A stretch of 64,000 bases of DNA, taken from assembly GCA_038246995.1 (NCBI GenBank), contig JBBRVH010000001.1, positions 4,466 to 68,465 of the forward strand, in the 5' to 3' direction. The notes under the pieces were generated by a model, which searched no databases, was not told the origin of the DNA, and worked only from the letters and a program-made list of their open reading frames with translations. A program made the position numbers and the translations under genes. This DNA comes from Sphingomonadales bacterium (GTDB taxonomy: Bacteria > Pseudomonadota > Alphaproteobacteria > Sphingomonadales > Sphingomonadaceae). Shown here one piece after another: positions 1 through 8,413 of this stretch; positions within the stretch are counted from its first letter, which is position 1, and each line of letters begins with the position of its first letter.

Positions 1-322
1 CCGCGCGGATTTCGCCGGTGAAGCCCGCCTGGCGCAGCACCGCCGCCGAGGAATAACCGCGGCCATCACGGAATTTGGGAAAGGCGATCTCCACGAGTTT
101 GAGCCGGCCGAGATGTGGCACGAGATCGCGCGCATCCTCGCCGGGCTCGATGCGGACCGCGGCAAAATTGCCGCCCGCGAGGAAATCGGCGAGCGGTGCG
201 ATCGGCGATTCGAACGGCGCATCATCGCGGAAACGCAGCTTGGCCGGTGCGTCATCGAGCGCCGGCGAGGCAGCACCGGCGACCGCGACCTGATCCTGCC
301 CGTCGCGGTCAGCGACATTCAT
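1..322 (-). CDS. DUF934-family protein (sulfite-reduction operon accessory); C-terminus runs off the window edge
   Basis: Absent from the ORF track because it is cut by the edge. Reverse-strand ATG at 320-322, 4 nt after the cysI stop. My translation MNVADRDGQDQ...GRLKLVEIAFPKFRDGRGYSSAAVLRQAGFTGEIRA has the FPKF-DGRGYS core I associate with DUF934. Confidence 0.7.
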   Translation of the reverse strand, partial: MNVADRDGQDQVAVAGAASPALDDAPAKLRFRDDAPFESPIAPLADFLAGGNFAAVRIEPGEDARDLVPHLGRLKLVEIAFPKFRDGRGYSSAAVLRQAGFTGEIRA

Positions 323-326
323 ACGA

Positions 327-1967
327 TTATCCATAAACTGCTTCCTTGAAAGGGGCCGGGCCGAGGCGGCGATAGGTGTCGAGGAAGCGTTCGTCCGGTG
401 CGGTGCGGGCGGTCTTGTAGAAGGCGATCACTTTGTCGACCGCATCTATGATCCCGTTTTCGTCAAAGCCGGGGCCGAGAATCTTGGCGAGGCTGGCGTC
501 TTCGGCGCCCGAGCCGCCAAGCAGCAGCTGATAGGCTTCCTCGCCCTTCTTATCGACGCCCAGAATGCCGATATGGCCGGCGTGGTGGTGGCCGCAGCCG
601 TTGATGCAGCCGCTGATCTTGACCTTCAGCTCACCGATATCGCGCTGTTCGGCCGTGTCGTTTTCGAACTTTGCAGCGATTTTCTGCGCGATCGGGATCG
701 AGCGCGCGTTGGCGAGCGTGCAATAATCCATGCCGGGGCAGACGATGATGTCGGTGACCAGATCGAGATTCGGCGTGGCGAGTTCGGCGGCATCGAGCGC
801 CTGCCAGACGGCGTAGAGATCGGCCTTGCGCACATGCGCCAGCACGAGATTCTGGCTGTGCGTCACGCGGATTTCGTCATGCGCATAGCGTTCGGCAAGG
901 TCGGCAATCACGTCCATCTGCGCCGAAGATGCATCGCCCGGAATGCCCGACTTGGGCTTCAGGCTGATCGTCGCGATGGCGTAACCGGGCTGTTTATGGC
1001 CATGGACATTCTGGTCGACCCACAGCTTGAAATCGGGGTCCGACAGATCGAGCGTGTCGGGGGCATCGCGGTCATAGTCCGGATCGGCGAATTGCGCGAT
1101 GATCCGGTCATATTCGGCCTGTGGCGCATCGAGCCCGAGTGGTTCGAGCGTCGCCCATTCGGCCTCCACCTGGCGCGTGAACTCCTCGATGCCGAGCTCG
1201 GTGACGAGTATCTTGATGCGCGCCTTGTAGATGTTGTCACGCCGGCCGTAGCGATTGTAGACGCGCAAAATGGCTTCGGAATAGCTGAGGAACTGCGACA
1301 CCGGAATCCATTCGCGCACCACCTTGCCGATGATCGGGGTACGGCCCATGCCGCCGCCGACAAAGACGCGGAAACCCAGGGCACCGGCGTCGTTGCGATA
1401 AAGTTGCAGGCCGATATCGTGGAGCTGGATCGCCGCGCGATCGGTATCCGACGCGATCACCGCGATCTTGAACTTGCGCGGCAGGAATGAAAATTCCGGG
1501 TGCAGCGTCGACCATTGGCGGAGCAATTCCGCATAGGGCCGCGGATCGGCGACTTCATCGGCGGCGGCGCCGGCGAACTGGTCCGAACTGATGTTGCGGA
1601 TGCAATTGCCGCTGGTCTGGAAGGCGTGCATCTCGACCTTCGACAGATCGTCGAGCAGGTCTGAAAACTGTTCCAGCTTGATCCAGTTGTACTGGATGTT
1701 CTGGCGGGTGGTGAAATGGCCGTAATCGCGGTCGTACTTGCGGGCGATATGCGCCAGCATCCGCATCTGGGTGCCCGACAGCGTGCCATAGGGGATGGCG
1801 ACGCGCAGCATATAGGCGTGGAGTTGCAGATACAGCCCGTTCATCAGCCGCAGTGGCTTGAACTGGTCCTCGGTGATTTCATTGCGCAGGCGGCGGCCGA
1901 CCTGGTCCTTGAATTCGGCGACGCGGGCATCGACGATGGCCTGGTCATATTGGTCGTAGCGATACAT
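327..1967 (-). CDS. cysI: sulfite reductase hemoprotein (siroheme/4Fe-4S nitrite-sulfite reductase family)
   Basis: 546-aa ORF. Cys clusters VCPGMDYCTLANA and SGCINGCGHHH are typical of siroheme-[4Fe-4S] reductases. Operon context with cobA, DUF2849 and DUF934. Confidence 0.9.
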   Translation of the reverse strand: MYRYDQYDQAIVDARVAEFKDQVGRRLRNEITEDQFKPLRLMNGLYLQLHAYMLRVAIPYGTLSGTQMRMLAHIARKYDRDYGHFTTRQNIQYNWIKLEQFSDLLDDLSKVEMHAFQTSGNCIRNISSDQFAGAAADEVADPRPYAELLRQWSTLHPEFSFLPRKFKIAVIASDTDRAAIQLHDIGLQLYRNDAGALGFRVFVGGGMGRTPIIGKVVREWIPVSQFLSYSEAILRVYNRYGRRDNIYKARIKILVTELGIEEFTRQVEAEWATLEPLGLDAPQAEYDRIIAQFADPDYDRDAPDTLDLSDPDFKLWVDQNVHGHKQPGYAIATISLKPKSGIPGDASSAQMDVIADLAERYAHDEIRVTHSQNLVLAHVRKADLYAVWQALDAAELATPNLDLVTDIIVCPGMDYCTLANARSIPIAQKIAAKFENDTAEQRDIGELKVKISGCINGCGHHHAGHIGILGVDKKGEEAYQLLLGGSGAEDASLAKILGPGFDENGIIDAVDKVIAFYKTARTAPDERFLDTYRRLGPAPFKEAVYG

Positions 1968-2254
1968 CAGATGGCTTCCACAGAAAGGCTGCCGCGCGCG
2001 AGGTCGGCACGAACGCTGGGGCCCGAAGCGCGCACGCGCTCGCGGGTGGTGGTGGGGACGAAACTGCCTGGCTCGCCGGTGACATCGATCAGCACCGGAT
2101 CGTTGATGCGCTCGGCGGCGATCAGGCCGGCAACCAACGCCGCGCCTTCATCGCCGATGGGCACGGCATCGGCGATGCGGGTGCTCCAGTCGCTGCCGTT
2201 CCACCAGAGGACATCGCCGGTTTGGAGGCGGTTGCCAGTCAGGATACGGGGCAT
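1967..2254 (-). CDS. DUF2849-like small protein
   Basis: 95-aa ORF that shares 1 nt with the cysI start and overlaps the cobA stop by 16 nt. LTGNRLQTGDVLWWNGSDW resembles the small protein usually found between cobA and cysI in alphaproteobacteria. Confidence 0.6.
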   Translation of the reverse strand: MPRILTGNRLQTGDVLWWNGSDWSTRIADAVPIGDEGAALVAGLIAAERINDPVLIDVTGEPGSFVPTTTRERVRASGPSVRADLARGSLSVEAI

Positions 2255-3024
2255 GGGGCGGCCTTTGTGATGCTGGTGAGGACGTCGGCGCCAAGGGTGG
2301 CGACATCGCCGACGATGATGAGGGCGGGGGATTTGACCGCTTCGCGCGCCACCGTGCCGCCAAGATCGGCGAGCAGCGAGCGGATGACTCGCATGTCAGG
2401 GTGGGTGGCGCGTTCGAGGATGGCGATCGGCGTGTCGGGCGACAGCCCCTCGGCGATCAGTTTTTCGGCAATGCGGTCGGCACCCGTGACACCCATGTAG
2501 ATGACCAGCGTCCGCCCCTTGCCCGCCAGCCCGACCCAATTCTGTTCGGCCAGGCCACGGCATTCGCCGGCAACAAAGCTGACGATCGAGGCATGGTCGC
2601 GATGGGTGAGCGGCATGAAGGCAGCGGCGGCACCGCCCATCGCGGCACTGATGCCGGGGATGACCTCCACCGGAACGCCGCCGGCAACACAGGCGCTGAC
2701 TTCCTCACCGCCGCGGCCGAAGATGAACGGGTCGCCGCCCTTCAGCCGGATGACAGTGTGCCCAGCGCGCGCCTCGGCAACGAGCAGATCGCCAATGGCG
2801 TCCTGCTGCATCGTATGACGATCCCGGCGCTTGGCGACCGAAATCAGCCGGGCGGTGGCAGGAACCAGCGCCATGACATCCTCGCCAACCAGCCCATCAT
2901 GGACGATGACATCCGCCGCCGCGATGGCGCGAACAGCGCGAACGGTCAGCAGATCGGCAGCGCCAGGGCCAGCGCCGACAAGGATGACTCGCCCGGAAAG
3001 TGCGGTTTTTTCCATGCGCTGCAC
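2239..3024 (-). CDS. cobA: uroporphyrinogen-III C-methyltransferase (SUMT)
   Basis: VILVGAGPGAADLLTVRAVRAIAAADVIVHDGLV and KGGDPFIFGRGGEE tetrapyrrole-methylase motifs. Start is 3024 or the ATG at 3015. Confidence 0.9.
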   Translation of the reverse strand: MQRMEKTALSGRVILVGAGPGAADLLTVRAVRAIAAADVIVHDGLVGEDVMALVPATARLISVAKRRDRHTMQQDAIGDLLVAEARAGHTVIRLKGGDPFIFGRGGEEVSACVAGGVPVEVIPGISAAMGGAAAAFMPLTHRDHASIVSFVAGECRGLAEQNWVGLAGKGRTLVIYMGVTGADRIAEKLIAEGLSPDTPIAILERATHPDMRVIRSLLADLGGTVAREAVKSPALIIVGDVATLGADVLTSITKAAPCPVS

Positions 3025-3107
3025 ATAGGCCCCTGCCCCCGTTCAGCGCCAGTGGCCGGCGGGCAAGGCTTTCTTGGCCATGGCGAAGCGAGGTTTGGGG
3101 TAAGCGC

Positions 3108-3144
3108 CGCCGGCGGCTGGGGCCTTGGCCCCAGACCCCGTTTT
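3108..3144 (+). repeat. GC-rich palindromic REP-like element, copy a
   Basis: cgccggcggctggggccttggccccagaccccgtttt. It contains the hairpin ctggggcc-tt-ggccccag and matches the reverse complement of 3950-3987 with 1 mismatch and 1 indel. Confidence 0.7.
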
Positions 3145-3283
3145 AAAAAGCCCTATTGGAATACCGCGCGTGGCGCTCTTGAACCATAGCGTCGGGCACG
3201 TCCGCTCCCGCCCAATCTTAGTCGTTACTCGGGTGCCAAGCATGGACTAAAGGCAGACATCTACCGTGGTGTCAGTTATGTGA

Positions 3284-3826
3284 TTGGGTGTGACACAATT
3301 CCCCTCACATAAATCGCCGCTTGGCATCTCAGATCTGCCCGATCCTGCCAATTTCACTGAATTTTCTCCGTTCATCAAAGGTGTTTTCAGCCAGTGGCAC
3401 CATACGCCATTCAGACTCGAAAACAGGGACTTTGTAACAGCCGAACAATGGATGATGTATAGCAACGCGACACTTTTTGGCGACGCCAATGCTGCTGCCC
3501 AGATTGCCGGCAACAGCGATCCGGCAATCCAGAAGCGACTGGGGCAAGCGGTTCAAGGATTTGACCAAGCTACATGGGATCGCTGGAAAATCGACATCGT
3601 CTACCGCGGCAACATCGCCAAGTTCAGCCGAAATGAGGGAGCGCTTCGGCAACTTAGCAACACTGCTAACGCTCTGCTGGTCGAAGCCAATCCTCGCGAC
3701 TGGATATGGGGAAGCGGTTGCGCCATCGATTATGCAAGCGGGCATGCACCAGCGAACTGGCTTGGACAGAACCTGCTGGGGTTGATCCTCACAAAGGTAA
3801 GGATGGACCTCGCAAATCCGGCATAG
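3284..3826 (+). CDS. NADAR (DUF1768/YbiA-like) family protein
   Basis: 180-aa ORF. FSPFIKGVFSQWHHTPFRLENRDFVTAEQWMMYSNATLFGD and NPRDWIWGSG fit the NADAR/YbiA pattern. Only TTG (3284) or GTG (3290) starts are available. GC clearly below the surroundings. Confidence 0.75.
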   Translation: MGVTQFPSHKSPLGISDLPDPANFTEFSPFIKGVFSQWHHTPFRLENRDFVTAEQWMMYSNATLFGDANAAAQIAGNSDPAIQKRLGQAVQGFDQATWDRWKIDIVYRGNIAKFSRNEGALRQLSNTANALLVEANPRDWIWGSGCAIDYASGHAPANWLGQNLLGLILTKVRMDLANPA

Positions 3827-3949
3827 CCGGCAGTTATCATGCGCTGCCGCCCATGACCGCTTTCTTGGGTCAGGACCCCAAAGCAGATAGCCGCATCACC
3901 ATCAACAGCCGACATTCGACCAAAGGCGCCGACGACGTAATCGATGTTG

Positions 3950-3987
3950 AAACGGGGTCTGGGGCCTTAGGCCCCAGCCGCCGGAGG
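3950..3987 (-). repeat. GC-rich palindromic REP-like element, copy b (inverted relative to copy a)
   Basis: Plus strand aaacggggtctggggccttaggccccagccgccggagg. Its reverse complement aligns to 3108-3144. Confidence 0.7.
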
Positions 3988-4005
3988 CTCTTTTGGAACC
4001 TCCGG
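3950..4005 (-). terminator. candidate rne terminator region (two hairpins)
   Basis: On the minus strand just after the rne stop (4021): ccggagg-N11-cctccgg (3981-4005), then ctggggcc-taa-ggccccag followed by accccgttt. The T-tract is weak. Confidence 0.4.
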
Positions 4006-4020
4006 CGTAAGCGCTCAGGA

Positions 4021-6564
4021 TCAGCCGAAAGTACGCTGCCACCAGCCCTTGCGCGGTGATGCGGCCGCGGTGTCGGCATCGGTGGCGGCCGCCGGCGTCG
4101 GTTCGGCGGCGGGTTCGGCGGCGGCTTCCGTGACCGGTGCTGCGGTTTCGGCGGCCTTGGGCTTGCGCGCACGCTTGGGCTTGACCTCGGCTGCGGGTTC
4201 TTCAACCACGGCCGCCACGGGTTCGGCGGCCTTGGCGGGCTTGGCCGCGGCGGGCTTGGCGGCCTTTGGCGCTGCAGGCTTGGCGACAGGCGCTTCGGCG
4301 ACGGGCTCGACCGCTACCGCTACCACCTTGGGCGCCGCCTTTGACGGGCGCTTGCGGGTGGTCCGTGCCGGCTTGGCTTCGGGCTCGGCGGCAGGTTCGG
4401 GCACAGCGACAGCAACCGGTGCGACATCGGGCACGGCTTCGACATCGGCCTTGCGGCGGCGGCTGCGCTTGGCCGGGGCTTCGGCGACGGCTTCGACCGC
4501 CGGGGGTGCTTCGGCAGCGGCTTCGGCTTCCGACGCAACGGCGGTTTCGGCCTTGTCGCCACTACGCTTGCCGCGACGGCCGCGCCGGCGGCGCTTGCGT
4601 TCACGATCACCGCGAGCTTCGGTTTCGGCCGACGTCTCGCCCGGCTGGGCCGTGGTTTCGGCTTCATCGGCATCGGCAGCATCATCGCCATCGACGGCGG
4701 TGTCTTCGGCGCTTTCGACTGCGGTTTCCGGTGCAGCGTCATCGCCGTTGCGGCCGCCGCGGCGGCGACGGCGCTTGTTGCGGCCGCCACGTTCGTTGCG
4801 GTCGCCGCGCTCACCCTGCGGGCGCTCGTCGCCATCCTCGTCATCGCCGTCGTCGATCACGTCGTCGGGGTCATCCTCGATGCGGACCAGCGCCGGCAGC
4901 GCCTGCATTTCGACCTTCTTCGTCGGCGGCGGGCCGCCGGCATCGATGGCGAAATTCGGGCCGATCAGGGCTTCATCGGGCACGGTGACGATGGTGACAC
5001 CGTAGAGTTCTTCCAGCTCGGCAAGCTCGATACGCTTGCGGTTGAGGATATAGACCGCGACCTCGTCGCCGGCGCGCAGGGTGAATTCCGACGCGCGGCC
5101 ACGCAGCGCTTCGGCTTCGAGCGCGCGCAGGGCCGCCAGAGCGGCGGACGAGACCGAGCGGACCATGCCGGTGCCTTCGCACATCGGGCAGATGTGGGTG
5201 GAGGCTTCCAGGATGCCGGTGCGCAGACGCTGGCGGCTCATTTCCATCAGGCCGAAGGCCGAAATGCGGCCGATCTGGATGCGGGCGCGGTCGTTGCGCA
5301 GCGCGTCCTTCATCGCCTTTTCGACGCGGCGGTTGTTGGCGGAAACTTCCATGTCGATGAAATCGATGACGACCAGCCCGGCCATGTCGCGCAGGCGCAA
5401 CTGGCGGCCGATTTCATCGGCGGCTTCAAGGTTGGTCTTGGTGGCGGTTTCCTCGATGCCATATTCGCGCGTCGAACGGCCGGAGTTGATGTCGATCGAC
5501 ACCAGCGCCTCGGTCGGGTTGATGACGATATAGCCGCCGGATTTGAGCTGGACGACCGGCTGATACATGCCTTCAAGCTGTTGTTCGACGCCAAAACGCT
5601 GGAACAACGGCACATTGTCGGAATATTCGACGACCTTGGGGGTGTGGCCGGGCATCAGCATCGACATGAAGCGCGAGGCATCGGCAAAACCTTCGGCGCC
5701 TTCGACGATGACCTGTTCGATATCGCGGTGATAGATGTCGCGGATGGCGCGCTTGATCAGGTCCGAATCCTGGTGGATCAGCGCCGGCGCCGATGAGGTG
5801 AGGGTGCGCTCGCGGATTTCATCCCACAGCCGGGTCAGATAATCGAAATCGCGGCGAATATCTTCGGACGAACGCTTCAGCCCGGCGGTGCGCACGATGG
5901 CGCCCATGCCCTGCGGCAGCTTGAGATCCGACATGATCGCCTTCAACCGCTTGCGATCGGCGATGTTGGAGATCTTGCGGCTGATGCCACCGCCATGCGC
6001 GGTATTGGGCATGAGCACGCAATAGCGGCCGGCGAGCGACAGATAGGTGGTCAGCGCTGCGCCCTTGGAGCCGCGTTCTTCCTTGACGACCTGGATCAGC
6101 AGCACCTGGCGGCGACGGATGACTTCCTGAATCTTGTAGCGGCGGCGCAGCGACTGGCGCTTGCGGCGCAGCGCGTCGGTCGGCTCGTCATGCTGGCCAC
6201 CGGTTTCGGCAACTTCGCCGACCGGATCGCCGTTTTCATCGAGATCTTCGTCGTGATGATCGTCGTGCTCGGCGGCATATTCGGCTTCTTCGCGGAGCAG
6301 CGCTTCGCGGTCCTCGCGCGGGATCTGGTAATAATCGGGATGGATTTCGCTAAAGGCGAGGAAGCCGTGACGGTTGCCGCCATATTCGACGAACGCCGCC
6401 TGCAGCGACGGTTCGACCCTTGTTACCTTGGCGAGATAGATATTACCCTTGAGCTGCTTCCTGTCGGCAGCTTCAAAGTCGAATTCCTCAATTCGTTGTC
6501 CATTGACCACGGCAACCCGGGTTTCTTCCGGGTGGCGGGCGTCGATCAGCATGCGAAGTGACAT
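4021..6564 (-). CDS. rne: ribonuclease E
   Basis: S1/catalytic N-terminus MLIDARHPEETRVAVVNGQRIEEFDFE...NIYLAKVTRVEPSLQAAFVEYG, Zn-link CPMCEGTG, and a long Arg/Ala/Pro/Lys-rich C-terminal scaffold. Start placed at ATG 6564 (MSLRMLID), not the ORF-track 6657. Confidence 0.95.
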   Translation of the reverse strand: MSLRMLIDARHPEETRVAVVNGQRIEEFDFEAADRKQLKGNIYLAKVTRVEPSLQAAFVEYGGNRHGFLAFSEIHPDYYQIPREDREALLREEAEYAAEHDDHHDEDLDENGDPVGEVAETGGQHDEPTDALRRKRQSLRRRYKIQEVIRRRQVLLIQVVKEERGSKGAALTTYLSLAGRYCVLMPNTAHGGGISRKISNIADRKRLKAIMSDLKLPQGMGAIVRTAGLKRSSEDIRRDFDYLTRLWDEIRERTLTSSAPALIHQDSDLIKRAIRDIYHRDIEQVIVEGAEGFADASRFMSMLMPGHTPKVVEYSDNVPLFQRFGVEQQLEGMYQPVVQLKSGGYIVINPTEALVSIDINSGRSTREYGIEETATKTNLEAADEIGRQLRLRDMAGLVVIDFIDMEVSANNRRVEKAMKDALRNDRARIQIGRISAFGLMEMSRQRLRTGILEASTHICPMCEGTGMVRSVSSAALAALRALEAEALRGRASEFTLRAGDEVAVYILNRKRIELAELEELYGVTIVTVPDEALIGPNFAIDAGGPPPTKKVEMQALPALVRIEDDPDDVIDDGDDEDGDERPQGERGDRNERGGRNKRRRRRGGRNGDDAAPETAVESAEDTAVDGDDAADADEAETTAQPGETSAETEARGDRERKRRRRGRRGKRSGDKAETAVASEAEAAAEAPPAVEAVAEAPAKRSRRRKADVEAVPDVAPVAVAVPEPAAEPEAKPARTTRKRPSKAAPKVVAVAVEPVAEAPVAKPAAPKAAKPAAAKPAKAAEPVAAVVEEPAAEVKPKRARKPKAAETAAPVTEAAAEPAAEPTPAAATDADTAAASPRKGWWQRTFG

Positions 6565-6971
6565 TATGGGGCTCCATGGCGCCGCGGCCGCCCCTTGCGG
6601 GGCACCGGCGGCGCATATTTCTGGCGTCGGCGCGGCGCTGTGCGGCCACGCTGACAATATGTTGCGGGATATGTGCGGTCAGGCCCGAATGATCCGCAGT
6701 CGCCGCCCATGGCTTGCCGGCCCGAAGGGCGGCCGCGCTTGAACGAAATGGCGAAACGATCATCCGACCCCTAAAATACGCCCGGCCTCGACCCCGGCCG
6801 GGTTGCGTGCCTCGCGGCGAGCTTCGGCGAACGCCACCCTTGCGGGCGACAGGACGAAACTGCCGGAAACAACAGCGGCCAAGCCACTGTTCAGCATAGT
6901 CGTAGCACGTGGATGCGGGGGGCGGCAAGGGCAGGTATCCGATGGGGAGCGTGCGCTGCCGGACACGCATG
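6565..6971 (-). promoter_or_regulatory. long rne promoter/5-prime leader region
   Basis: About 400 nt without a credible ORF between the rpsD terminator and the rne start. It contains GC hairpins, e.g. cccggcc..ggccggg near 6781-6805. Confidence 0.35.
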
Positions 6972-6999
6972 AAAAAGCCCGGGCAAAACCCGGGCTTTT
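6972..6999 (-). terminator. rho-independent terminator downstream of rpsD (bidirectional shape)
   Basis: aaaaa-GCCCGGG-caaaa-CCCGGGC-tttt. Stem 6977-6983 / 6989-6995, flanked by A and T runs, 54 nt after the rpsD stop. Confidence 0.7.
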
Positions 7000-7052
7000 C
7001 CAGAACCGGTACCGCCGGGGAACACCCCCGACGCCACACCGATCGCCGAGAC

Positions 7053-7664
7053 TCAGCGCGAATAGAATTCGACCACCAGGTTCGGCTCCATCTTCACCGG
7101 ATAGGGCACTTCATCAAGGGTCGGGACGCGGACATAGGTCGCCTTGGGCCCTTCGACCGCGACATATTCCGGCACTTCACGCTCGGTCAGGCCCTGCGCT
7201 TCCATGACCAGCGCCATTTCCTTCGCCTTGCTGCCGAGTTCGACGACATCGCCCGGCTTTACCTTGGCCGAGGCAATGTTGCAGCGGCGGCCGTTGACGA
7301 TGATGTGGCCATGATTGACGATCTGGCGGGCGGCAAAGATCGTCGGCGCGAACTTGGCGCGATAGACGACCATGTCGAGGCGCTGTTCGAGCAGGCCGAT
7401 GAGGTTCTGCGAGGTATCGCCCTTCATCTGCACGGCGGCCTGATAGGTGGCGCGGAACTGCTTTTCGGTGACATCGCCGTAATAGCCCTTGAGCTTCTGC
7501 TTGGCCTTCAGCTGGATGCCGAAATCCGACACCTTGCTCTTGCGGCGCTGGCCGTGCTGGCCCGGGCCATATTCGCGCTTGTTGACCGGCGACTTGGGGC
7601 GGCCCCAGATGTTTTCGCCCATGCGGCGATCGAGCTTGTACTTGCTGTTATGACGCTTCGACAT
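7053..7664 (-). CDS. rpsD: 30S ribosomal protein S4
   Basis: [49 protein letters not shown]... Start moved to ATG 7664. Confidence 0.95.
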   Translation of the reverse strand: MSKRHNSKYKLDRRMGENIWGRPKSPVNKREYGPGQHGQRRKSKVSDFGIQLKAKQKLKGYYGDVTEKQFRATYQAAVQMKGDTSQNLIGLLEQRLDMVVYRAKFAPTIFAARQIVNHGHIIVNGRRCNIASAKVKPGDVVELGSKAKEMALVMEAQGLTEREVPEYVAVEGPKATYVRVPTLDEVPYPVKMEPNLVVEFYSR

Positions 7665-7914
7665 ATGATTCGCTTTCGTGATTGCTGAAGCTGGCGCGCC
7701 TTGCCGGCACACCTGCCCTTGAAACCCCGGCCTCGCACCGACCGGCCAGAACCTTGCGGCATGCCGGGCGCGGCCACTGCTTCACCGGGGGTGCAGGGCC
7801 AGTTGCGAAGCGGCGGCGGTTAGACGAAGCCGGCACCACGGTCAAGTGCAGCTTGACTTTCCGGCACGTTCCCGCCACACGCCGCGCTTCCAGAAAATCG
7901 GAAAGTACGCCCCC

Positions 7915-8256
7915 ATGGCACGCGTTACCGTTGAAGATTGCGTCGACAAGATCCCCAACCGTTTCGACCTGGTGCTGTTCGCGGCGACCCGCGCGCGCGC
8001 CATTTCATCGGGTGCCGAAATCACCGTTGATCGCGATCGCGACAAAAACCCGGTCGTGGCGCTGCGCGAGATCGCCGACGAGAATATCAAGCCGGTCGAT
8101 CTGCAGGAAGCGCTGATCGCCTCGATGCGCCGCGTCGTCGAAAGCGAAGACGATACCCCCGATGCGATCGGGTCGTTGTCGGCATCTGCCGAAGCCTTGC
8201 GGATCACGGCGGCGCAACCGCCGCGCAACCAGAACCTCGGGCCCGACTACGAATAA
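7915..8256 (+). CDS. rpoZ: DNA-directed RNA polymerase subunit omega
   Basis: [33 protein letters not shown]. Start at ATG 7915. Confidence 0.95.
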   Translation: MARVTVEDCVDKIPNRFDLVLFAATRARAISSGAEITVDRDRDKNPVVALREIADENIKPVDLQEALIASMRRVVESEDDTPDAIGSLSASAEALRITAAQPPRNQNLGPDYE

Positions 8257-8413
8257 AAGGCCGCGCGCGCCGGTACGGCACGGCGGTCTGGTTGGGGACG
8301 GTCTGTAGCCGGGCCGTCGCGTCGCAAAGGCTGATCGCGACAACGCAGGTGGGTGCGCTGGCCCGGACGGCGTATCAAGTGCTTTGGACAAAGCGCCGCG
8401 GGAATGCCGGCGG

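Larger units (their letters stand above)
3100..4014. mobile_element. possible non-autonomous cassette carrying only a NADAR gene (8-nt direct repeat + 36-37 nt inverted repeats, low GC)
   Basis: GTAAGCGC at 3100-3107 and 4007-4014. Inverted repeats at 3108-3144 and 3950-3987. The interior is visibly AT-richer than the flanks. No transposase present. Confidence 0.4.

Noticed and set aside
4049-5005. Long ORFs on both strands inside the rne C-terminal region (4049-5005 +, 4266-4988 +, 4320-4844 -)
   Set aside because: They overlap the well-supported RNase E frame. They are Ala/Arg/Ser/Pro low-complexity translations typical of shadow frames in GC-rich repetitive DNA. No independent signals.
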